Below are positions 58,357 to 64,000 of a stretch of DNA of 64,000 bases, one piece after another. The position numbers and the translations under genes are program-made. Source of the stretch: an uncultured Gammaproteobacteria bacterium (lineage in GTDB: Bacteria > Pseudomonadota > Gammaproteobacteria > Natronospirales > JAJUFS01); NCBI GenBank assembly GCA_964599565.1, contig CAZRFE010000006.1:1117-65116 (forward strand), in the 5' to 3' direction. A model generated the notes under the pieces. The model saw only the letters and a program-made list of their open reading frames with translations, made no database searches and had not been told where the DNA came from. Positions within the stretch are counted from its first letter, which is position 1; the number at the start of each line of letters is the position of its first letter.

Positions 58357-58899
58357 TTACTTGCCGCCGCGCGGGCGGGCGGTCTGCTGGGGAACCGCCT
58401 GCTGCTTGACGTGGAAGGTCACGGGCGTGGTCGCAATGATTTCCTTGCCGTCCGCGTCCGTGATGACGGCGCGCAGGGTGTGCGTACCGCGAACGACGCC
58501 GGTCAGCGTGGTGCCGAGGCCGGCGAGCGGGTCGGCGAGCGCGCCATCAACGTAAAGCAGCAGCTGGTCGCTGTTCCTGAGCGCGGGTTGCAGCGAAAGC
58601 TGCACGGGAATGTTGCCGGCGGTCGCCCAGAAGACCTGGTCCTGCTTTGGCGAGATGAAACCAAGCTGGTAGTCGGGCGCCGGTGTCTCGTCGCTGCTGT
58701 CCGCGCGGCCGCGTGGCCGGACGGGAACATCGGGTGCGTCGAACGTGGTCGTTTTCGGCAGTTCGACTTCCTCAGCACCTTCCGGCGGCGGCGTGTCGGA
58801 GTAATGCACGTTGCCGTTCTTGTCCACCCACTTGTAGGTTCCGGCGAGGGCGAAGGCCGGAAGCAGCAACATCACGATCAGGAAGGTGCGCAGTTTCAT
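58357..58899 (-). CDS. DUF4124 domain-containing secreted protein
   Basis: 180 aa from ATG 58899. Signal peptide then GTYKWVDKNGNVHYSDTPP (DUF4124 signature). The ATG overlaps the GNAT stop (ATGA). Confidence 0.7.
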   Translation of the reverse strand: MKLRTFLIVMLLLPAFALAGTYKWVDKNGNVHYSDTPPPEGAEEVELPKTTTFDAPDVPVRPRGRADSSDETPAPDYQLGFISPKQDQVFWATAGNIPVQLSLQPALRNSDQLLLYVDGALADPLAGLGTTLTGVVRGTHTLRAVITDADGKEIIATTPVTFHVKQQAVPQQTARPRGGK

Positions 58900-59483
58900 G
58901 TGCTCAAGGATAGCGCCGCGGCGGGCAGCTTCCAATCGGCGGCTCGTGAAAGCGTGCGACAGAACAATGTCGTATTGCATTTGCGCTCGCCGTCCGGCCA
59001 CAGCGCATAACCCGGGATTTCCCCGCAACGCTGCCAGCCAAGGTATGCGTACAGGCGTTCCGCGTCGCTTCCCGTTGCGGTATCGAGCACGAGCAGCGTG
59101 CGGCCTGCGTGAATCGCTTCATCCTCGATCGCGCGCATCAGCGCACTGGCGATGCCGCGGCCGCGTGCGTGCCTGCGTACCTGCAGCTTCGCGACGTCCG
59201 CGCGATGCGGCTGGTTCTCGGGCGTATCGAGCAGGAGCTGCACGGTACCGGTGATTTCTCCGCTGGCGGTGTCGCGCGCGACCAGCACGATGCGCTCGCC
59301 GCGCGCAGCGCTTGCGAGCACGGCATCTGCGTAGCGTTCCGCGCGCTCGTGCGTGAGCGGTGAAAGAAAGCCGACCGATGCGCCGCCGTCGACAACATCA
59401 ACGAGAATGGCGGCGAGCGCCGCGACGGTTGTGGCGTCGTGCGTGGCGCGGTGAATTTCGACGCTGGAGTTCGCTGCGTGCAT
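58896..59483 (-). CDS. GNAT family N-acetyltransferase
   Basis: 195 aa. Acetyl-CoA motif A: QVRRHARGRGIASALMRAIEDEA. Confidence 0.75.
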   Translation of the reverse strand: MHAANSSVEIHRATHDATTVAALAAILVDVVDGGASVGFLSPLTHERAERYADAVLASAARGERIVLVARDTASGEITGTVQLLLDTPENQPHRADVAKLQVRRHARGRGIASALMRAIEDEAIHAGRTLLVLDTATGSDAERLYAYLGWQRCGEIPGYALWPDGERKCNTTLFCRTLSRAADWKLPAAALSLST

Positions 59484-59490
59484 GGAAGAT

Positions 59491-59516
59491 GCGGGGGCGG
59501 CGGGGGCCGCCCCCGC
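59491..59516 (-). terminator. GC-rich hairpin after glnA (partial terminator/attenuator)
   Basis: Perfect 10-bp stem GCGGGGGCGG / CCGCCCCCGC with a 6-nt loop, 5 nt after the glnA stop and 7 nt before the GNAT ATG. Only a weak U-tract follows (ATCTTCC). Confidence 0.5.
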
Positions 59517-59521
59517 GCTGT

Positions 59522-60943
59522 TTACAGCGAGTAGTACATGTCGAATTCGACCGGGTGCGTCGTCATGCGGATGCGCTGCACGTCCGCCATCTTGAGCTCG
59601 ATGTACGCATCGATCATGTCGTCGGTGAACACGCCGCCCTTCTTCAGGAATTCGCGATCCGCGTCGAGCGCGTTGAGGGAGCCTTCCAGCGAGTAGCTCA
59701 CTTCCGGCACGTTCTTCGATTCTTCCGGCGGCAGGTCGTAGAGGTTCTTGTCGAGCGGGCCGCCCGGGTGAATCTTGTTCTGGATGCCGTCGAGGCCCGC
59801 CATCATCAGCGCGGTGAACGCAAGGTACGGGTTTGCGGTGGAATCCGGGAAGCGCACCTCGACGCGGCGCGCCTTCGGGTTCGAGATGAACGGAATGCGG
59901 ATCGACGCGGAACGGTTGCGTGCGGAGTACGCGAGTTTCACCGGCGCCTCGAAACCCGGCACGAGACGCTTGTAGCTGTTCGTCGACGGATTGGTGAACG
60001 CGTTCAGCGCCTTCGCGTGCCTGATGACGCCGCCGACGTAGTAAAGCGCGGTCTCCGAGAGCCCGCCGTAGCCATCACCGGTGAAGAGATTCCTGCCATC
60101 CTTGCCGAGCGACATGTGTACGTGCATGCCGGAACCGTTGTCGCCGACGATGGGTTTCGGCATGAAGGTCGCGGTCTTGCCGTAGCCGTGCGCGACGTTC
60201 TGCACGACGTATTTCAGCATCTGCACTTCGTCGCCCTTCTGCACCAGCGTGCCGAAGCCGACGCCGATCTCGCACTGGCCGGCTGTCGCGACTTCGTGAT
60301 GATGCACCTCGACGGTCATGCCCATCTCTTCGAGCACGAGGCACATGGTGCCGCGGATGTCGTGCAGCGAATCGACCGGCGGGACGGGGAAGTAGCCGCC
60401 CTTCACGCCCGGGCGATGGCCGAAGTTGCCGTCGGGATACACGCGCTCGGAATTCCAGCCGGCTTCCTGGGAATCGATCTTGTAGAAGGAGCCGGACATT
60501 TCCGTGCCCCAGCGGATGTCGTCGAAGATGAAGAATTCGTTCTCGGGACCAAAGTAGGCAACGTCCGCGATGCCGGTGGACTTGAGGTACGCCTCGGCGC
60601 GCTTCGCGAGCGAGCGCGGGTCGCGCTCGTAACCCTGCATGGTGTTCGGCTCGACCACGTCACAGCGCAGGTTGAGCGTCTTTTCCTCGAAGAAAGGATC
60701 GATGACCGCGGTTGCGGCATCGGGCATCAGGATCATGTCGGACTCGTTGATGCCCTTCCAGCCGGAGATCGACGAGCCATCGAACATCTTGCCATCCTCG
60801 AACAGCGCCTCGTCGATGGTGTGCGAGGGGACCGTCACATGCTGTTCCTTGCCCTTCGTGTCGGTGAAGCGGAAATCCACGAAGCGGATTTCCTTGTCCT
60901 TGATGAGCTTGAGTACGTCGGCGGGTGACAGGGCAGATGACAT
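59522..60943 (-). CDS. glnA: Glutamine synthetase type I
   Basis: 473 aa, SD GGAGG upstream. [15 protein letters not shown], the adenylylation-site context NLYDLPPEE, and the C-terminal EFDMYYSL. Confidence 0.95.
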   Translation of the reverse strand: MSSALSPADVLKLIKDKEIRFVDFRFTDTKGKEQHVTVPSHTIDEALFEDGKMFDGSSISGWKGINESDMILMPDAATAVIDPFFEEKTLNLRCDVVEPNTMQGYERDPRSLAKRAEAYLKSTGIADVAYFGPENEFFIFDDIRWGTEMSGSFYKIDSQEAGWNSERVYPDGNFGHRPGVKGGYFPVPPVDSLHDIRGTMCLVLEEMGMTVEVHHHEVATAGQCEIGVGFGTLVQKGDEVQMLKYVVQNVAHGYGKTATFMPKPIVGDNGSGMHVHMSLGKDGRNLFTGDGYGGLSETALYYVGGVIRHAKALNAFTNPSTNSYKRLVPGFEAPVKLAYSARNRSASIRIPFISNPKARRVEVRFPDSTANPYLAFTALMMAGLDGIQNKIHPGGPLDKNLYDLPPEESKNVPEVSYSLEGSLNALDADREFLKKGGVFTDDMIDAYIELKMADVQRIRMTTHPVEFDMYYSL

Positions 60944-60984
60944 CGGAGCCTCCGGGGCTGGGTTTTAAGGTGCTACCAAGGGAA

Positions 60985-61000
60985 TGCAAGCGACGTGCCA
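60985..61000 (-). promoter_or_regulatory. Sigma54 promoter of glnA (glnAp2-type)
   Basis: The minus strand reads CTGGCAC-GTCGC-TTGCATT, an exact match to TGGCAC-N5-TTGCA. It lies about 40 nt upstream of the glnA ATG. Confidence 0.85.
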
Positions 61001-61052
61001 GTGCAGGCGCGCGGCGCGATGCGAGCGTCTACAGCATAGCGGTCCCCGGCAA

Positions 61053-61069
61053 CGCACCGTTTCAGTGCA
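61053..61069. promoter_or_regulatory. NtrC enhancer dyad 1 upstream of glnA
   Basis: CGCACCGTTTCAGTGCA (10 of 12 positions of TGCACC-N5-GGTGCA), centred about 75 bp upstream of the -12 element. Confidence 0.6.
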
Positions 61070-61082
61070 ACGCCGCTCGCGC

Positions 61083-61099
61083 TGCACGATCACGGTGCG
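61083..61099. promoter_or_regulatory. NtrC enhancer dyad 2 upstream of glnA
   Basis: TGCACGATCACGGTGCG (10 of 12 positions). Its centre is 30 bp (about three helical turns) from dyad 1. Confidence 0.6.
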
Positions 61100-61155
61100 C
61101 ACCGGCCCGCACGGAAAAAGGCTATACTTCCGCGCCTCTTTATATAAAGAAATCA

Positions 61156-62070
61156 ATGACAAGCATGACTCCCGCCACAAGCTTCCAGGCGCTGATACTG
61201 CGCTTGCAGCAATACTGGGCCGAGCAAGGCTGCGTGCTGCAGCAGCCGTACGACATGGAGATGGGCGCCGGGACTTTCCACCCCGCGACCTTCCTGCGCG
61301 CCATCGGGCCCGAGCCCTGGTCGGCTGCCTACGTGCAACCCTCGCGCCGCCCGACGGACGGACGCTACGGCGAGAACCCGAACCGCCTGCAGCACTATTA
61401 CCAGTTCCAGGTCGTCATCAAGCCGTCGCCGAAGGACATCCAGGAACTGTACCTCGGATCGCTTGCCGCGCTTGGCGTCGATCCGCTCGTGCACGACATC
61501 CGCTTTGTCGAGGACAACTGGGAATCGCCGACGCTCGGCGCCTGGGGTCTCGGCTGGGAAGTGTGGCTGGATGGCATGGAGATCACGCAGTTCACCTACT
61601 TCCAGCAGGTCGGCGGGCTTGAATGCCGGCCGGTCACGGGCGAGATCACCTACGGGCTCGAGCGGCTGGCGATGTACCTGCAAGGTGTCGAGAACGTCTA
61701 CGACCTCGTGTGGACGGACGGGCCGCTCGGGCGCGTGACCTATGGCGATGTGTTTCACCAGAACGAAGTGGAGCAATCGACGTACAACTTCGAGTACGCG
61801 GATGTCGATGCCTTCCTGAAATGGTTCGACTGGTGCGAATCGGAATGCGCCCGGCTCCTGGACGCAGGCCTTCCGCTGCCGGCGTACGAGATGGTGCTGC
61901 GTGCATCGCACAGCTTCAACCTGCTGGATGCGCGCAAGGCGATCTCCGTCACCGAACGCCAGCGCTACATCCTGCGTGTCCGCACGCTCTCCCGCGGTGT
62001 GGCGGAAGCGTATTACGCAGCACGCGAGCGGCTCGGCTTTCCGATGTTGCGGCAGGAGGCGGCGAAGTAA
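61156..62070 (+). CDS. glyQ: Glycine--tRNA ligase alpha subunit
   Basis: 304 aa from ATG 61156. [34 protein letters not shown] and [17 protein letters not shown]. Confidence 0.95.
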   Translation: MTSMTPATSFQALILRLQQYWAEQGCVLQQPYDMEMGAGTFHPATFLRAIGPEPWSAAYVQPSRRPTDGRYGENPNRLQHYYQFQVVIKPSPKDIQELYLGSLAALGVDPLVHDIRFVEDNWESPTLGAWGLGWEVWLDGMEITQFTYFQQVGGLECRPVTGEITYGLERLAMYLQGVENVYDLVWTDGPLGRVTYGDVFHQNEVEQSTYNFEYADVDAFLKWFDWCESECARLLDAGLPLPAYEMVLRASHSFNLLDARKAISVTERQRYILRVRTLSRGVAEAYYAARERLGFPMLRQEAAK

Positions 62071-64000
62071 TGGAGCGCAAGGATTTTCTCGTCGAGATCG
62101 GCACGGAAGAACTGCCGCCGAAATCGCTTCGCGCACTCGCCCAGGGTTTTCGTGACGCCGTGATGCACAACCTGTTCACAGCGGAACCGGAACTGAAGAA
62201 AGGCATTCGCGATTTCTGGTACTGCTCGCCAAGACGTCTCGCGCTGGTACTGCAGGACGTACCGCTCGCAACGCCCGATTCCGTGCAGGAGCGTCTCGGC
62301 CCTGCCGTGCAGGCTGCGTTCGACAAGGATGGCAAGCCGACGAAGGCTGCCGAAGGGTTCGCAGCTTCCGTCGGCACGACGGTCGATGCGCTCGAGCGCA
62401 AGGCAACCGACAAGGGTGAGCGGCTTGCCTTCGCCGTCACGGTGCCCGGCAAGCGCACGGCGGAGATCCTGCCGGGCATCGTCGAGAACGCGCTGAAGCA
62501 GCTGCCGATTCCCAAGCGCATGCGCTGGGGCGCGGGCGATGCGGAGTTCGTGCGGCCGGTGCAGTGGATCGTGATGCTCGCCGGCAACGATGTCGTTGAT
62601 TGCGAAATCCTCGGCGTGAAGGCGGGGCGCGACACGTGCGGCCACCGCTTCCACGCGCCAGGCCCCGTGCCGCTTCGTGCGCCGGCGGAATACGCATCCA
62701 CGCTCGAGAAAGCGTACGTGCGCGTCAACGATTCCACGAACACGCTCGCGGAATGGATTGGCGAACAGGTGAACAGCGCTGCGCGCGCACTCGGCGGTAC
62801 CGCGCTCGGCGCAGAGTCCGGCAGCGAACTGCTGGACGAAGTCGCGGCGCTGAACGAATGGCCGGTCGTCATCGTCGGCAACATCCCGGAGCGGTTCATG
62901 TCGCTGCCGGAGGAAGTGCTGACCACGACCATCGAGACGCACCAGCGCTACTTTCCCGTGCGCGGGCCGGATGGAACGCTGCTGCCGTTGTTCATCACCT
63001 TCGCGAACATCGAATCGAAAGACCCGGATGTGGTGCGCAAGGGCAACGAGCGCGTCGTGGCGCCGCGTCTTGAAGATGCGATGTTCTTCTGGAACAGCGA
63101 CCGAAGAACGCCGCTCGCGGAGCGCGTCGCGAAACTCGACCACGTGACGTTCCAGAAGGAGCTCGGCTCGTACGGCGACAAGCTGCGCCGCGTGCGCGAA
63201 CTCGCGGTGCGGATCGCCACGCAGATCGGCGGCGATGCCGCAAAAGCCGAACGCGCAGCGACACTTTCGAAGGCGGATCTCGTCAGCGACATGGTCTTCG
63301 AGTTCACCGAGCTCCAGGGCGTGATGGGCCGCTACTACGCAAGGCACGACGGCGAGGATGAAGACGTCGCAAACGCCATCTTCGAGCAATACCTGCCGCG
63401 CTTCGCGGGCGACGCATTGCCGGAATCGAAAACAGGACAATCGCTCGCGATCGCCGACAAGCTCGACACCATCTGCGGCATCTTCTCCATCGGGCAGAAA
63501 CCGTCGGGCAGCAAGGATCCGTTCGCGCTGCGGCGGCTCGCGCTCGGCCTGCTTCGCATCGTGATCGAGAAGGAGCTCGACCTTGACCTGGTTGTTCTCA
63601 TCAAGGCGGCGCTCGAGCACCTGCCGGCGGGCAACACCGGCGTCGAGTCCCGGCATGAAATGATGGAATTCTTCTACGACCGCCTGAAGGCGTACTACCT
63701 CGAACAGGGCGTGCGCGCCGACGTGTTCGAAGCGGTGCGTTCGCGCCAACCGGGAAAACCGCAGGACTTCGACCGGCGCGTGAAGGCGGTCCAGGCGTTC
63801 ATGCAGCGTGACGAAGCGGTTGCGCTCGCAGCGGCGAACAAGCGCATTTCCAACATTCTGCGCAAGTCTGAAACGAACGTATCCGGTGCGCCGGATCCAT
63901 CGCTGTTCGAATCGGACGCAGAACGCGCGCTCGCGGCTGCCGTCAGTCGCAAGCATGAAACCGTGCATCAGCACATCGATGGCGGCGAGTATGAACGCGC
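62070..64000 (+). CDS. glyS: Glycine--tRNA ligase beta subunit (5' partial, runs off the right edge)
   Basis: The ATG shares its A with the glyQ TAA (TAATG). [20 protein letters not shown]... is open to the window end. It is not in the ORF track because no stop is reached. Confidence 0.9.
   Translation, partial: MERKDFLVEIGTEELPPKSLRALAQGFRDAVMHNLFTAEPELKKGIRDFWYCSPRRLALVLQDVPLATPDSVQERLGPAVQAAFDKDGKPTKAAEGFAASVGTTVDALERKATDKGERLAFAVTVPGKRTAEILPGIVENALKQLPIPKRMRWGAGDAEFVRPVQWIVMLAGNDVVDCEILGVKAGRDTCGHRFHAPGPVPLRAPAEYASTLEKAYVRVNDSTNTLAEWIGEQVNSAARALGGTALGAESGSELLDEVAALNEWPVVIVGNIPERFMSLPEEVLTTTIETHQRYFPVRGPDGTLLPLFITFANIESKDPDVVRKGNERVVAPRLEDAMFFWNSDRRTPLAERVAKLDHVTFQKELGSYGDKLRRVRELAVRIATQIGGDAAKAERAATLSKADLVSDMVFEFTELQGVMGRYYARHDGEDEDVANAIFEQYLPRFAGDALPESKTGQSLAIADKLDTICGIFSIGQKPSGSKDPFALRRLALGLLRIVIEKELDLDLVVLIKAALEHLPAGNTGVESRHEMMEFFYDRLKAYYLEQGVRADVFEAVRSRQPGKPQDFDRRVKAVQAFMQRDEAVALAAANKRISNILRKSETNVSGAPDPSLFESDAERALAAAVSRKHETVHQHIDGGEYER

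Noticed and set aside
62013-63974. 653-aa minus-strand ORF
   Set aside because: Antisense to glyS. The glyS frame is open to the window edge and begins with the canonical FLVEIGTEELPP motif.

Overview
Gene names here come from my own reading of the translated ORFs and nucleotide motifs; no database search was run. The window is a densely coding, high-GC (about two-thirds G+C by eye) stretch of a gammaproteobacterial-type chromosome. I support about 62 protein genes. I found no rRNA, tRNA, CRISPR array, IS element or prophage gene. From left to right: (1) minus-strand block 0.2-12.6 kb: pepE, a DUF2339 membrane protein, a MAPEG protein, putP, a small basic ORF, an unknown membrane protein coupled to a VWA lipoprotein, a small secreted protein, an M16 peptidase pair and a MATE exporter. 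(2) Mixed housekeeping, 12.8-40 kb: a thiolase, an alanine/glycine:cation symporter, mscL, slyD, hemH, a PAS-GGDEF-EAL protein, hslVU, ubiE-ubiJ-ubiB, a membrane diguanylate cyclase, gpmI-envC-ctpA-yibQ divergent from rhodanese-grxC-secB-gpsA, trmL and a class-1B-type pyrD. (3) A complete MSHA-type type IV pilus cluster of 16 genes at 40.2-55.8 kb, mostly translationally coupled. (4) The nitrogen-regulation locus ntrC-ntrB-DUF4124-GNAT-glnA, with a textbook sigma54 promoter and NtrC dyads, followed by glyQ and the 5' part of glyS. Many long ORFs in the track are antisense shadows of real genes, as expected at this GC content, and were rejected. I did not find a convincing wholly new multi-gene system. 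The best candidates for uncharacterised biology are the self-contained pair of an unknown coiled-coil membrane protein plus a MIDAS-complete VWA lipoprotein (5.7-7.8 kb), and a small basic ORF with a strong internal hairpin (5.4-5.6 kb). The MSHA cluster shows lineage-specific deviations: split mshI, a single major pilin, and intact c-di-GMP-binding MshEN motifs in MshE.
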